Source: Bacteriovoracia bacterium
GTDB lineage: Bacteria > Bdellovibrionota > UBA1018 > JBFWNL01
Reading direction: 5' to 3'
DNA: 64,000 nt
Assembly: GCA_050251055.1 (NCBI GenBank)
Contig: JBFWNL010000002.1
Coordinates: forward strand, 1-64,000
Within the stretch, counting starts at the first letter, position 1. Each line of letters opens with the position of its first letter. The notes beneath the pieces were generated by a model. The model saw only the letters and a program-made list of their open reading frames with translations. It had not been told where the DNA came from and searched no databases. Below, one piece after another: positions 9,542-21,001 of the stretch. The translations under genes and the position numbers were made by a program.

Positions 9542-10498
9542 TTAAAACTCGCCGCCGGCAGGGACTTCCGGGAGGGACGGAGTGCTCGGTAGGCCACCAC
9601 CGCTCACCGTGCCTTGGCCTTCTTCGCCTTCACCCGGCATCGGGGTAGGCGGAAGCTCCGTTCCACCGCCGTTGATCGGGCCAGCGCTCGAGGAGGACGA
9701 ATTCATACCGCCCGCCATGAAGCCCGCCGCGCCGCCACGAGCGATGCGTTGGAATTCCTGCTCGGTCACCTTCTCGTCGTTCACGAAGTATTCGGTTTCC
9801 TTGCCGTTGGTCTTGGTCTTGAGCTCAGCCGTGAAATCCGGGTACTTCAGCGAAACGATATTCTCGACTTCCACCGAGTTGCCGTTCTGAGAGGCGTTGA
9901 CCTTCAACTCCACGTTCAGATTGCCCTTCGTCTGGGAGTGGATCGTGCCCTTAGCTTCCAGGTTCATCTTTGCGCTGTCGCCCTTGCCTTCGGCCTTTCC
10001 GGTGCCCGAGAGCGCGATGCTATCAACGTCATTGAGCTTACGAAATTCTTCGTCTTTTACCGAGTAATTGCAGCGAAAGGCAATGTCCGCGCTGCCGCCG
10101 TCGCCGTTAGCTTTGCCATTGATATCCAGCGCCCAGTCCATGCTGACGGGGCAAGACTTGCCACCGAACTTCACCTTGAGATTCATCCCCATGCTTGAAG
10201 CGGAGGAGCTGCTGTTCTTCACCTGGAAATCAATTTCGTCGCACTGCTGATCCGCGCGACTTTTCGCCAGGAACTCGTCCATCTTGGTCTGCGGGTCGTC
10301 AGACGGCGTAGCGTCCTGCGAGGCGTTCGGAGTCGCCGCCGGGGTGTTTTTCGCCCCATTGACCGAGGACTTACGTCCGCGCTCGACCGAAGTCATCGTA
10401 CCGCTAACCACCTGCTTCTGCGCGTCCGTCAGGGGAGTCTGCTTCGAGCAGCCCACCGACACGACGGCCATCGCTAGTACCGTTAAAAATTTATTCAT
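9542..10498 (-). CDS. Hypothetical lipoprotein (beta-rich, Pro/Gly-rich tail)
   Basis: Lipobox 'SVGC', AAGGAG RBS. Confidence 0.75.
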   Translation of the reverse strand: MNKFLTVLAMAVVSVGCSKQTPLTDAQKQVVSGTMTSVERGRKSSVNGAKNTPAATPNASQDATPSDDPQTKMDEFLAKSRADQQCDEIDFQVKNSSSSASSMGMNLKVKFGGKSCPVSMDWALDINGKANGDGGSADIAFRCNYSVKDEEFRKLNDVDSIALSGTGKAEGKGDSAKMNLEAKGTIHSQTKGNLNVELKVNASQNGNSVEVENIVSLKYPDFTAELKTKTNGKETEYFVNDEKVTEQEFQRIARGGAAGFMAGGMNSSSSSAGPINGGGTELPPTPMPGEGEEGQGTVSGGGLPSTPSLPEVPAGGEF

Positions 10499-10742
10499 GT
10501 ATCCATCTCCTTACGTTGGTTACCACCCCAAGATTCTTCATCTGGCCTAGACGCGGCTTGCTGTAGCATCGAGTCAAGCAGGTGGCAACCCTGGCTTTCG
10601 TGAGTGGGCGCAAGATATCAGTAATACACTATTTTAATCAACTAATAAAATGCGAACGGGGTGCTTTTTCCAACCAACCCCAGGTTATTGGGGCGCAATA
10701 AGAGTTGACGATTCCATGCGTCTCGGGCATTTTCGCGGGTCT

Positions 10743-11315
10743 ATGTACGCAATCATTGAGACCGGTGGAAAGCAATACCGCACCCGTGCGGGCGAAGTCA
10801 TTCAGATCGAAAAGCTCGAGGGCGAAGTAGGTTCTAATCTTCAATTTGATAAGGTTTTATTCGTCAGCTCCGACGCGGGCGCCGAAGGCAAGTCCGATGT
10901 CGTGGTGGGTAAACCCACCGTAGCATCGGCCAAAGTTCAGGCCGAAATCGTCGGCCAAGGCCGCGGCGACAAGCTCATCGTTTTCAAGATGAAGCGCCGT
11001 AAGCAATACCGCAAGCTGCAAGGTCATCGCCAATTCTACACGCAAGTGTTGATCACCGGCATCGACGGCGGCAGCGGTAAGTCCATCACTCTCTCGGATG
11101 CGGACAAGAAAGCGAAGCTCGCTAAGTTCAGCACCGGCTTGAAGCCAAAGGGACAGGCGTTCACGCCGAAGACTTTGGGTTCGCGCAAGAAGATGAAGGC
11201 GAGCGGCGCTCCGGCCACCGCAAAGCAAGCAGCGCCGGCAGGGGAAACCGCGACGAAGAAAGCGGCCCCCGCGAAAAAAGCGCCGGCTAAAAAAGCCGCC
11301 CCGAAGAAAAAATAA
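10743..11315 (+). CDS. rplU: 50S ribosomal protein L21 with long basic C-terminal extension
   Basis: 'MYAIIETGGKQY', 'KRRKQYRKLQGHRQ'; upstream of rpmA. Confidence 0.95.
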   Translation: MYAIIETGGKQYRTRAGEVIQIEKLEGEVGSNLQFDKVLFVSSDAGAEGKSDVVVGKPTVASAKVQAEIVGQGRGDKLIVFKMKRRKQYRKLQGHRQFYTQVLITGIDGGSGKSITLSDADKKAKLAKFSTGLKPKGQAFTPKTLGSRKKMKASGAPATAKQAAPAGETATKKAAPAKKAPAKKAAPKKK

Positions 11316-11359
11316 ACGGCAAAGTAACCGAAAACCTTTAAGCAAAGGATCAGACAACC

Positions 11360-11617
11360 ATGGCACACAAAAAAGCAGGCGGTAGTACTCGGAACGGACG
11401 CGACAGTAACCCCAAGATGTTGGGCGTGAAGCGCTTCGGCGGCGAGCACGTGGGTCCCGGCGACATTCTCGTTCGCCAACGCGGCACCCGCTTCCACGCC
11501 GGCCGCAACGTAGGCCTGGGCCGTGATTTCACGATTTACGCGTTGATCGAAGGCCAAGTGAAGTTCGAGCACTTCGATCGCAAGCGCCGCCAAGTGTCGG
11601 TTTACCCCGCCGCTTAA
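11360..11617 (+). CDS. rpmA: 50S ribosomal protein L27
   Basis: '[21 protein letters not shown]'. Confidence 0.98.
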   Translation: MAHKKAGGSTRNGRDSNPKMLGVKRFGGEHVGPGDILVRQRGTRFHAGRNVGLGRDFTIYALIEGQVKFEHFDRKRRQVSVYPAA

Positions 11618-11657
11618 GCGCTAACCGCTTTCGACAATTGAAGTATGAGGAGTTTTG

Positions 11658-11695
11658 AAAGAGCAGGCCCGTAAACGATCCTGCTCTTTTTTTTT
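11658..11695 (+). terminator. Rho-independent terminator between rpmA and obgE
   Basis: AAAGAGCAGG ... CCTGCTCTTT followed by a T run. Confidence 0.75.
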
Positions 11696-11697
11696 GA

Positions 11698-12882
<1,185 letters not shown>

Positions 12883-12934
12883 GACCTCGCTCGCTTCAAT
12901 CCGTTAGTCCCACAAGTGACTCACCCCAAGCAAC

Positions 12935-15259
12935 CTAGATGGGTCTCTCGGGCCACTTATGCCGAGGATAGCGACGGGATAGCTCTTGGCGAACCCGCGG
13001 ATAATCACGTTCCCAAAAACCCGATAAGTCGCGCGTGACTTGTACGGGTCGGTAATTTGGGGCCAGAAGGTGCAGCGTGAGGGGGACTTTGCCGCGAAAA
13101 ACGCGCGGGCCTTCCTTTAAACCGAAAAAATCCTGTAGGCGCGACTCAATCCAAGGCGGTCGATCCGTCTCGTACTGAACGGGGCACTTCGCGCGGCCGG
13201 GTAACGTAACGAACTCGGGCGCCAATGAGGCCTCTTCCGGAGAAAGCGTTACCGCCTCGACGGCGTCGTGAATTTCGGCGAAGCTTCGCGCCCCCACCGC
13301 GAGCTCACGCAGCCATCCTTCCAGCGCGGCCCCTTCGAGCGGGCCGGGGGGCTCCCCCGTTCGCGCGAAACCTTTTCGAGCCCAGAGCGCGCGAAGCTTG
13401 TCCATGCTCACGGCCTGCTCCGGGCGCTTAAGTAACTCTTTCAGAAGCACGGCCTCCAGCGCCGTCGCATCTTCCTCCTTCGGCACATCCATGCGTGATT
13501 CGAGCGCCAAACTGCCAAACCGCAGCTCGGCCCACACTTCCGCGCGCTGTTTTTCGCCGTTCCATTGGACCGTCCGCGAATCTTCCAGCAAAGTGCCGGC
13601 GAACTCCCACAAATCCTCCTCTTGGAGAGAAATCCAGCTTCGCAGGACCGCCGGACCGGTGTCTCGCTCCAACGCATCTAGTAGTAGCAATAGCTGACGC
13701 GGGGCCAGCTTATGCTCGCGATGCAAAGCCAGTTCACCCCCTCCCGCGAGCGCCACCCGGTCTCCGCGCACCCGTCCCACACGATCCCAAAAGGCCCGCA
13801 CCAGTACCGAGGTTGGGCTCAGCTTTCCGGTTTCCTCCGGACGCGGGGAAGCCTGTAGCCTTTCCTCCAAACGTCGGGTGTTCCCTTGCGTGGGGGTATT
13901 CACAAGGGCATCCAGCGCAAGCTCCCCTTCCGGAAAATCCCCCTCCGAGAATCGCGCGGCCAAACGGGTGAACTCCCGAGGCCCTTCCAATAGCAAAGCC
14001 AAACGGGGATGCAGCGGCGTACCGGCCAGGCGACGACCTCGCGTGGTCAGCTCACCATCCGATTTCAATGCCTCGATTCCGCGCAGCCAGTCGCCCGCGC
14101 CTCGCCAAGCATCGGCGCTCGGCGCTTCGACCCATTCGAAATCTTCGAGCTTACGCACGCCAATGAGCGCCAGCTGCAAAGCCGCCGGCACGAGATCCAC
14201 GCGTCTCACTTCCGGGGCCTCGAACTGCCGGAGCGCGCGATACTCGTGCTCGGTGTAAAGCCGGACGCAAACTCCCGGTCCTAGGCGTCCCGCACGACCC
14301 GCACGCTGATCGGCCGACGCGCGGGAAATACGCTTCGTCTCTAGCCGCGTGAACCCGGCCGCCTGGCTGGCGCGCGCGACCCGCGCGAGCCCGGAGTCCA
14401 CCACCACGCGTATACCCGGCAAAGTGACGGAGCTTTCGGCGATATTCGTGGAAAGAATAATTTTTCTTCTCGAAGACGGCTCCAGGGCCCGCTCCTGCTC
14501 ACGCCGATCGAGGTCTCCATGCAGGATCACGGGATCCAGTCCCCGTTCGCGCAAGAGTCCTTCGACCCGCCGAATTTCCGCCATGCCCGGCAAGAAAATG
14601 AGCGCGTCTCCCTCGGTGGATTGTAACGCCCGGTGTACGGCACCAGGTAACTCCTGCCAGCTTGGAGTCTTCGCGCCGTAGCGGGTTTCAATGGGATGAC
14701 GGGTTCCCGGTACGCTTTGGGTTTGAACTTCGCCCGCGCCAAAACGGCTGAAATATCGCTCGAGGATATCGCTCTCCAGCGTGGCGGACATCACGACCAC
14801 GCGCAGGTCCGGCCGCGGGCCGGCCCGTAACCGCGTCAGAACGCCCAATGCGATGTCGGTATCGATGGAACGCTCGTGGAACTCATCTAAAATGACGGTG
14901 TCCACGCCGGAAAGCGTAGGATTCTCGATTAACTTCCGAAGAAAAATTCCCTCGGTCAGGAAGCGCAGGCGGGTGCGTGGGCTTTCCACCCGCTCGAAAC
15001 GAAACTGGTAACCCACGCTCTCGCCGATCGGCTCCCCCACTAGATCAGCCACGCGTAGGGCCGCCAGCTTCGCGGCCAGCCGCCGGGGCTCAAGCACCCA
15101 CACCTCGTCCGCGGGTTTGCGCCAAACCGCACGGAGAATCGCGGGCGGCAGCAGCGTCGTCTTGCCCGTACCGGGCTCGGCGCGCAAAAGCAGGCGACGA
15201 TCCTGTTCCAGAGTTTTTAATAATCCCGGCAAATAGGGAGTGAGAGGCAAGCTGCTCAT
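12935..15259 (-). CDS. hrpB: ATP-dependent RNA helicase HrpB
   Basis: 'AEPGTGKTT', 'DEFH', 'SAT', 'QRAGRAGR', C-terminal 'LLAPNYRPVQVTRDL..FW...Y...RYPRHKWP'. Confidence 0.93.
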   Translation of the reverse strand: MSSLPLTPYLPGLLKTLEQDRRLLLRAEPGTGKTTLLPPAILRAVWRKPADEVWVLEPRRLAAKLAALRVADLVGEPIGESVGYQFRFERVESPRTRLRFLTEGIFLRKLIENPTLSGVDTVILDEFHERSIDTDIALGVLTRLRAGPRPDLRVVVMSATLESDILERYFSRFGAGEVQTQSVPGTRHPIETRYGAKTPSWQELPGAVHRALQSTEGDALIFLPGMAEIRRVEGLLRERGLDPVILHGDLDRREQERALEPSSRRKIILSTNIAESSVTLPGIRVVVDSGLARVARASQAAGFTRLETKRISRASADQRAGRAGRLGPGVCVRLYTEHEYRALRQFEAPEVRRVDLVPAALQLALIGVRKLEDFEWVEAPSADAWRGAGDWLRGIEALKSDGELTTRGRRLAGTPLHPRLALLLEGPREFTRLAARFSEGDFPEGELALDALVNTPTQGNTRRLEERLQASPRPEETGKLSPTSVLVRAFWDRVGRVRGDRVALAGGGELALHREHKLAPRQLLLLLDALERDTGPAVLRSWISLQEEDLWEFAGTLLEDSRTVQWNGEKQRAEVWAELRFGSLALESRMDVPKEEDATALEAVLLKELLKRPEQAVSMDKLRALWARKGFARTGEPPGPLEGAALEGWLRELAVGARSFAEIHDAVEAVTLSPEEASLAPEFVTLPGRAKCPVQYETDRPPWIESRLQDFFGLKEGPRVFRGKVPLTLHLLAPNYRPVQVTRDLSGFWERDYPRVRQELSRRYPRHKWPERPI

Positions 15260-15332
15260 ATTTGACTTCGACCTCAAGCATCATGCCTTAAACCCCTTCC
15301 AAAGGGCAGGTCAAACCGGCTAAAGTGCCCCC

Positions 15333-16004
15333 ATGCTCCCCCGCTGGTCAGAAACCACGGCCGTCTTCGGCGGCACCTTCGATCCTCCGCACGTCGGACA
15401 CCGCATCGCCGCTCAAGGTCTCCTCACCCAGCCCGGCGTAAGCCGGGTGCTCGTCATTCCGACGGGCATTTCCCCACTCAAAACGGGCTTTACCCCGGCC
15501 GTGCATCGACTGGAGATGGCCCGCCTGGGATTTACTCGGGAAGCCCAAATCGATGACCGTGAGGTGCGCTTCGCCGAAGCCGCCCCTCGGCAGCCCACCT
15601 ACACTTTCGATACCCTAGGGAAGCTCCGCCAAGAGTTTCCGCGACTCGCCTTCGCTCTCGGAACCGACCAGCTCCCCACCTTCCCTCGCTGGCACCGCTT
15701 CCCCGAAATCCTCTCACTCTGTCACTGGATCATCCTGGACCGAGCGGGCCAAAACGAGACCGAGAAGTTCTTGCGCGCCTATACTGGCAGCGGTCTGCTC
15801 ACTCCCATCCCCGCTTCGCTTCCCACTTGGAAGATTGCCCAGGCGACCACCTTCCTCACGCTTGTCCCCACCTCCGCGCCAGAACTCTCCTCCACCTTGC
15901 TTCGCGCGGAAATGCAGCGAACCGGCAAACTTCCCGCTACCGGGCTCGCTCCCGAAGTAGCCGCGTATATTCGACGTCACCACCTGTTTGGCGTACAGGA
16001 ATAA
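15333..16004 (+). CDS. nadD: Nicotinate-nucleotide adenylyltransferase
   Basis: 'FGGTFDPPHVGH', 'YTFDTL', 'G.D', 'LSSTLLR'. Confidence 0.9.
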   Translation: MLPRWSETTAVFGGTFDPPHVGHRIAAQGLLTQPGVSRVLVIPTGISPLKTGFTPAVHRLEMARLGFTREAQIDDREVRFAEAAPRQPTYTFDTLGKLRQEFPRLAFALGTDQLPTFPRWHRFPEILSLCHWIILDRAGQNETEKFLRAYTGSGLLTPIPASLPTWKIAQATTFLTLVPTSAPELSSTLLRAEMQRTGKLPATGLAPEVAAYIRRHHLFGVQE

Positions 16005-16103
16005 AGCACAATAAAATCATAAAATTACAGCGAGTGCACCCTCGAGAAAAACCTAAAAAACTATATTTGACGCATAGCATATAGGTTAGGTAAGGCTTTA
16101 CCG

Positions 16104-16664
16104 ATGAAACGCTTCCTATTAGCGACTCTATTCGGTCTCTCTTCCTTGGCTGGCGCGGAACCCCCTACCGGCCCCACGACGCCACCGGTCGGCGAAGCCG
16201 AGCCTGCCCACGAGGCTCCGCAAGACGCTCCCAAGAAGGAAGACGGATATTTTTTTAAGGTCAAAACCGAAGAATACGGCGAGGCCACCGTTGGCCACGA
16301 GGAAATCCTACGCACTTACGGCGAATTCGTCGCGCTCATGAAGACCTTACCCGGCGCGAAGTTCAACAACGAAGACGGATCGATTTCCTATATCGAACCG
16401 CGCTTTACTTACATGGGCTTGCCGGCGTTCTATTCCGCGATGAACCCCACGCGACGGGACAGCTTCGACGGGATCTGCCTGCGCATCTCGGGCCGGGGGA
16501 AAAAATACTTTACCCACACGGAGCACACCCTATCGGCGGACCCCCAGGAAGTAGAGAAACTACTCGAGCGGCACCTGGTGGATCTCAACGAACGAGGCGC
16601 AATGGCGGCGGTCCAGACCACCTTTCAAAAGGCGCGGGTCATTCATTCCATCACCTGCCGATAG
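16104..16664 (+). CDS. Secreted hypothetical protein
   Basis: Signal peptide MKRFLLATLFGLSSLAGA; preceded by an AT-rich intergenic region. Confidence 0.7.
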   Translation: MKRFLLATLFGLSSLAGAEPPTGPTTPPVGEAEPAHEAPQDAPKKEDGYFFKVKTEEYGEATVGHEEILRTYGEFVALMKTLPGAKFNNEDGSISYIEPRFTYMGLPAFYSAMNPTRRDSFDGICLRISGRGKKYFTHTEHTLSADPQEVEKLLERHLVDLNERGAMAAVQTTFQKARVIHSITCR

Positions 16665-16737
16665 CGGGCAAATACTCGGAAAATCAGCTAATTTCAAATT
16701 TGATTCCATAGATCAACTATGATAACTACCCGGCCGC

Positions 16738-17172
16738 ATGTCAGAAAACCGCGCTCAGCAACCTCAGTTTGATCCGATCCTAGCGCACGCTTCGAATCCC
16801 ACGCTGCAGAAGGCGTTGCTTTGCGCGCGCGCGGCGATCGACAAAAAAGCCGAGAACCTGCGCGTGCTCGACGTAAGCAACGTCTCGGGCTTCACCGACT
16901 ACTTCATCATTTGCAGCGCGATGACCGACCGTCAGATCCAGGCGATCGCGGATTCCGTCGAATTCCAGCTCAAGACGTTCGGTCACTCGGCCCTCTCCGT
17001 TGAAGGTTACTCCGAAGGCCGTTGGGTGCTACTCGATTTTGGCGACGTCGTCGTGCACGTATTTCTGGACGCCATCCGCGAGTTTTACAATCTCGAAGGA
17101 CTTTGGGAAGACGCCCCGCGCGTGCAAGTCCCCTCCGAGTTCTACGGTCCTTCCGCCAGCCGCTTAAACTAA
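16738..17172 (+). CDS. rsfS: Ribosome silencing factor
   Basis: 'DKKAE', 'TDYFIICS', 'WVLLDFGDVVVHVF', 'REFYNLE.LW'. Confidence 0.95.
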   Translation: MSENRAQQPQFDPILAHASNPTLQKALLCARAAIDKKAENLRVLDVSNVSGFTDYFIICSAMTDRQIQAIADSVEFQLKTFGHSALSVEGYSEGRWVLLDFGDVVVHVFLDAIREFYNLEGLWEDAPRVQVPSEFYGPSASRLN

Positions 17173-17182
17173 GGCTCGGCCC

Positions 17183-17695
17183 GTGCGCGCCCGGCTCATC
17201 GCCTTCGGTAAACTCAAAACTCCTGGCTTACGCGAGGCCGCCGACTACTATTTGAAACTCGTCAGGCCTTGGAGCGCGCTTGAAGAAATCGAACTCAAGC
17301 CCGCGCACCTGAGCGATAAGTCAGAAGCGCTTCGTCGGCAGTGCCAAATATCAGAGCAGGAGATGCTACGTAAGACGGTCTCTCGCCCACAGGGACGCGC
17401 CTCCGGGACGACCCGCCAGCGCGTGTATTACCTCGACGAAAAAGCCAAGCCACTCAGCACGCTCGAGTGGGCCGAGCACGTGCGTCGCTGGAAGGACGAT
17501 TCGTTGCAAGATCTCGTTTTCTGTTTAGGTAGTAGCGTGGGCTTCCACGAAGATTTTCGCCGCGAGTGTCACGGAGCATTTTCGCTTGGCCCGCAAACGC
17601 TTTCGCATGAACTCGCGCGCGTGGTCTTCCTCGAGCAATACTATCGTGCGTGGTCCGTCGTGCAGGGGCACCCTTATCACAACGAAGGCGCCTAA
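17183..17695 (+). CDS. rlmH: 23S rRNA pseudouridine1915 N3-methyltransferase
   Basis: 'LDE', 'SLGPQTLSHELARVVFLEQYYRA', 'HPYH'; follows rsfS. Confidence 0.9.
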   Translation: MRARLIAFGKLKTPGLREAADYYLKLVRPWSALEEIELKPAHLSDKSEALRRQCQISEQEMLRKTVSRPQGRASGTTRQRVYYLDEKAKPLSTLEWAEHVRRWKDDSLQDLVFCLGSSVGFHEDFRRECHGAFSLGPQTLSHELARVVFLEQYYRAWSVVQGHPYHNEGA

Positions 17696-17738
17696 ATTAA
17701 GCTTGGCGATACCACGCGGCAGGTAGTACAAATAGGGA

Positions 17739-19283
17739 GTGAAAGCCAAAAGCGTTTTGATCATCCTCGATGGCTTCGGAATTGGCAAAGACTCCCCTTT
17801 TAACGCCATCCAAAACGCCGACATGCCCTTCTACAAAGAGATCTGGAAGAAATACCCCCATTCCCAACTCCTCACTCACGGCGCCGCGGTGGGGCTCCCC
17901 GATGGGGTCATGGGAAATTCGGAAGTAGGACACATGACGATCGGCTCGGGCCGAACCATTTACCAAGATCTCGTCCGCATCAACCACGCCATTCGCGATA
18001 AACAGTTCAACAAGAACGCCGTGCTGAGAAAGACGATCGAAGCGGGTGCCCAAAAAAATGGAAAATCCGGGACAGTCCACCTCTTGGGGCTCTTGTCCGA
18101 TGGCGGGGTGCACTCGCATATCGACCACCTCTTCGCCCTACTGGAACTAAGCCACGAGCTAAAAGTGCCGCGGGTGGCGCTGCATCTCATGCTCGACGGT
18201 CGCGATACCCCTCCTCAGTCCTCTATCGGCTACGTCGAAAAACTTACCCAACATCCCGCCTTTCAAAGCACTTCTACCACCGACATTCGCATCGCTACGA
18301 TCCAGGGGCGCTACTGGGGGATGGACCGAGACCAGCGCTGGGATCGCATCGGAAAATCGTATCAAGCAATGACCGGACAAATCGCGCCACTCAAGGCGAC
18401 ACCGTTGGCGGCAATTCAAAAATCCCACGCACTTGGTAAATCCGACGAATTCGTGGAGCCGGTGCTACTCGACAAGGATTTCGCGATCCGGCCCGGCGAC
18501 AGTCTCGTTTTTTTCAACTACCGCTCCGATCGCGCGCGCCAGATCTCCCAAGTCTTGACTACCGGCGCCCACGGGATCGGACCGGCCGGCCTCTCTGCTT
18601 TCTGCGGCATGACGGTCTACGACGCCAAGCTCAACCTTCCGGCCGCCTTCGCGCCGCAAAGTCTGGAAAACATCTTCGGAGCTTGTTTGGAGAAACAGGG
18701 CGCCAAGCAGTTCCGGATCGCGGAAACCGAAAAGTACGCGCACGTGACGTTTTTCTTCAATGGCGGACGAGAAGCCGTCTTTCAAGGCGAAGATCGCCTA
18801 CTGATCCCTTCACCGAAGGACGTGCCCACCTATGACCTCAAACCCGAGATGAGCGCCTTTGCCGTGGCTGCCGAGGCCGCCCAGCGAATCACCCAAGGGA
18901 CGTATGACTTCGTGCTCATGAATTTCGCCAACGCCGACATGGTTGGCCATACCGGCAACTACACCGCGACCGTGAAGGCCATGGAAGCGCTCGATAAGTG
19001 CTTGGCTCAAGTCATCGGCGCCGCCGAGAAAAACGGTTACCATGTGCTCCTGACCGCCGACCATGGCAACGCCGAGGAAATGGAAGATCACGAACACCGG
19101 CCGCACACCCAACACACGCTCAACCCCGTGCCCGCCATCTGGATCGCGCCGGGCTCCGCACTCGGCAGCAAGAAGGACCGCGTCGCCTTGAAGGATGGCA
19201 CGCTCGCCGACGTTATGCCCACGCTCTGCGGACTCATGGGGATCGATCTCCCCCGCGAAGTTACCGGAAAAAACCTATGCTAG
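17739..19283 (+). CDS. gpmI: 2,3-bisphosphoglycerate-independent phosphoglycerate mutase
   Basis: 'LDGFG', 'MGNSEVGH', 'SDGGVHSH', 'DGRDT', 'AETEKYAHVTFFFNGG', 'TADHGNAE'. Confidence 0.97.
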   Translation: MKAKSVLIILDGFGIGKDSPFNAIQNADMPFYKEIWKKYPHSQLLTHGAAVGLPDGVMGNSEVGHMTIGSGRTIYQDLVRINHAIRDKQFNKNAVLRKTIEAGAQKNGKSGTVHLLGLLSDGGVHSHIDHLFALLELSHELKVPRVALHLMLDGRDTPPQSSIGYVEKLTQHPAFQSTSTTDIRIATIQGRYWGMDRDQRWDRIGKSYQAMTGQIAPLKATPLAAIQKSHALGKSDEFVEPVLLDKDFAIRPGDSLVFFNYRSDRARQISQVLTTGAHGIGPAGLSAFCGMTVYDAKLNLPAAFAPQSLENIFGACLEKQGAKQFRIAETEKYAHVTFFFNGGREAVFQGEDRLLIPSPKDVPTYDLKPEMSAFAVAAEAAQRITQGTYDFVLMNFANADMVGHTGNYTATVKAMEALDKCLAQVIGAAEKNGYHVLLTADHGNAEEMEDHEHRPHTQHTLNPVPAIWIAPGSALGSKKDRVALKDGTLADVMPTLCGLMGIDLPREVTGKNLC

Positions 19284-20278
19284 ACCTACCCCGCCTCGCC
19301 AATAAAAAGAAATACAAGTCCATCGCCGTGCTCTCGAGCGGCGGCGACGCCCCCGGCATGAATGCCGCTATCCGTGCGGTGGTGCGCTACGGGATCGCGA
19401 ACCAATGCGAAGTCTACGGCATTTACAAAGGTTATACGGGATTGCTGGAAGGCCAGATCGCCAAGATGAACCTCTCCTCAGTCGCCAACACCATCCAGCG
19501 CGGGGGGACCATCCTCAAAACGAGCCGTTGTCCCGCCTTCCACAAGAAATCCATCCGTCGCGAAGCCGCGCACATCTTGCGCCGGAAGGGGATCGAGGCA
19601 CTCGTCGTCGTCGGCGGTGACGGATCGTTCCGGGGCGCTCATCTACTTGAAAAGGAAAACGGATTCCCTTGCATCGGCGTGCCCGGCACTATCGACAACG
19701 ACATCTATGGCTCTGACGACACCATCGGCTTCGATACCGCCGTGAACACGGCGCTCGAAGCCATCGACCGCATCCGTGATACGGCTAGCTCGCACGACCG
19801 CCTGTTTCTGATCGAAGTGATGGGCCGAGATTCTGGATTCATCGCGCTTCAGGTGGGAATCGGCGGGGGGGCCGAGTCCGTCATCGTGCCGGAACAATCC
19901 CAGTCCATCGAGAGTGTCTGCCGATCGATCGAACGCGGCATGAAACGAGGCAAAACGAGCAGCATCATCGTCGTGGCCGAAGGCCCCAAACCCGGCCTCT
20001 CCGCCCGCATGGCCGAACGCTTGGAAAAGCTAGGTTACGGTCCGCGCGTTTGTATCTTGGGTCACACCCAGCGAGGCGGCAAGCCCACCGCGCATGATCG
20101 CTTCCTGGCTTCCGCCCTGGGAGCTTCCGCGGTCATTCACCTACTCGGCGGGCATTCCAACGGGATGATCGGCGTGCGCGAGAATGAAGTCGCGTTCGTG
20201 CCTTTCCGTAATATTTTTGGGAAGAAAAAGCCCTTCCCGGAGCATGCGCTCGACCTTGCTCGAACTTTGGCGATATAA
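19277..20278 (+). CDS. pfkA: ATP-dependent 6-phosphofructokinase
   Basis: 'SGGDAPGMNAAIR', 'GGDGS', 'PGTIDND', 'EVMGR', 'LGHTQRGG'. Confidence 0.96.
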   Translation: MLDLPRLANKKKYKSIAVLSSGGDAPGMNAAIRAVVRYGIANQCEVYGIYKGYTGLLEGQIAKMNLSSVANTIQRGGTILKTSRCPAFHKKSIRREAAHILRRKGIEALVVVGGDGSFRGAHLLEKENGFPCIGVPGTIDNDIYGSDDTIGFDTAVNTALEAIDRIRDTASSHDRLFLIEVMGRDSGFIALQVGIGGGAESVIVPEQSQSIESVCRSIERGMKRGKTSSIIVVAEGPKPGLSARMAERLEKLGYGPRVCILGHTQRGGKPTAHDRFLASALGASAVIHLLGGHSNGMIGVRENEVAFVPFRNIFGKKKPFPEHALDLARTLAI

Positions 20279-20299
20279 ACTCCCCTTCTAGGAGGCTCC

Positions 20300-20977
20300 A
20301 TGGACAAATCCTATTCGGCGCAATTCGGGGAAAAATCCTCGGCGATCATGAACCTGCTCACGGAAATCTTTCACCCGGAAGACCCGACCCTCGCCAAAAT
20401 TCGCGAGAACGGAGAAACGGCGGGGCTCCCCGCCATTCAAGTTGGCCGCTTCGACGCCCTCCACCTAGAGGTCCTCGCGCGCGCCTTCAATACCGTGAAG
20501 GCGGTGGAGATCGGGACCTTAGGCGGGTACTCGGGGACCGCCATCGCCCGCGCGCTTCCGTCACATGGACTTCTGCACACGTTTGAGTTCGAACCCAAGC
20601 ATGCCGACGTGGCTCAGGCTTCGTTCAAGCTGGCCGGAGTTGAAAAGCGAGTTCGCATTCACGTCGGGCCGGCGCTTGAGAACCTGCCGAAGATCGAGGC
20701 CGAAGGGCCGTTCGATCTGGTGTTTGTCGACGCCGATAAGGTGAACTACCCGAATTACCTGGAGTGGGCCGCGCGCAACCTGCGTCCGGGAGGCGTGCTC
20801 CTAGGCGACAATGCCTACGCTTGGGGACTATTGGCCGATACCCGTTTTCAAGATCCTGAACGTGAAGCCGCCGCGACCGCGCTCAGGAAGTTCGCGAAAA
20901 CCGCCGCGCAGGACGGTCGTTTTCGCGCGACCATTCTCCCCACGGGGGAAGGTCTGCTACTCGCGGTTCGCACCTGA
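20300..20977 (+). CDS. Class I O-methyltransferase (caffeoyl-CoA OMT/TrmR-like)
   Basis: 'EIGTLGGYS', 'FDLVFVDADK.NY', 'GDN'; GGAGG RBS. Confidence 0.88.
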   Translation: MDKSYSAQFGEKSSAIMNLLTEIFHPEDPTLAKIRENGETAGLPAIQVGRFDALHLEVLARAFNTVKAVEIGTLGGYSGTAIARALPSHGLLHTFEFEPKHADVAQASFKLAGVEKRVRIHVGPALENLPKIEAEGPFDLVFVDADKVNYPNYLEWAARNLRPGGVLLGDNAYAWGLLADTRFQDPEREAAATALRKFAKTAAQDGRFRATILPTGEGLLLAVRT

Positions 20978-21001
20978 TCGAGAATTTGCATAAACCCGGG
21001 C

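Noticed and set aside
10683-10694. GTTATTGGGGC resembling the complement of the candidate sRNA loop
   Set aside because: It lies upstream of the predicted rplU promoter, so probably not in the mRNA; the match is short and imperfect.
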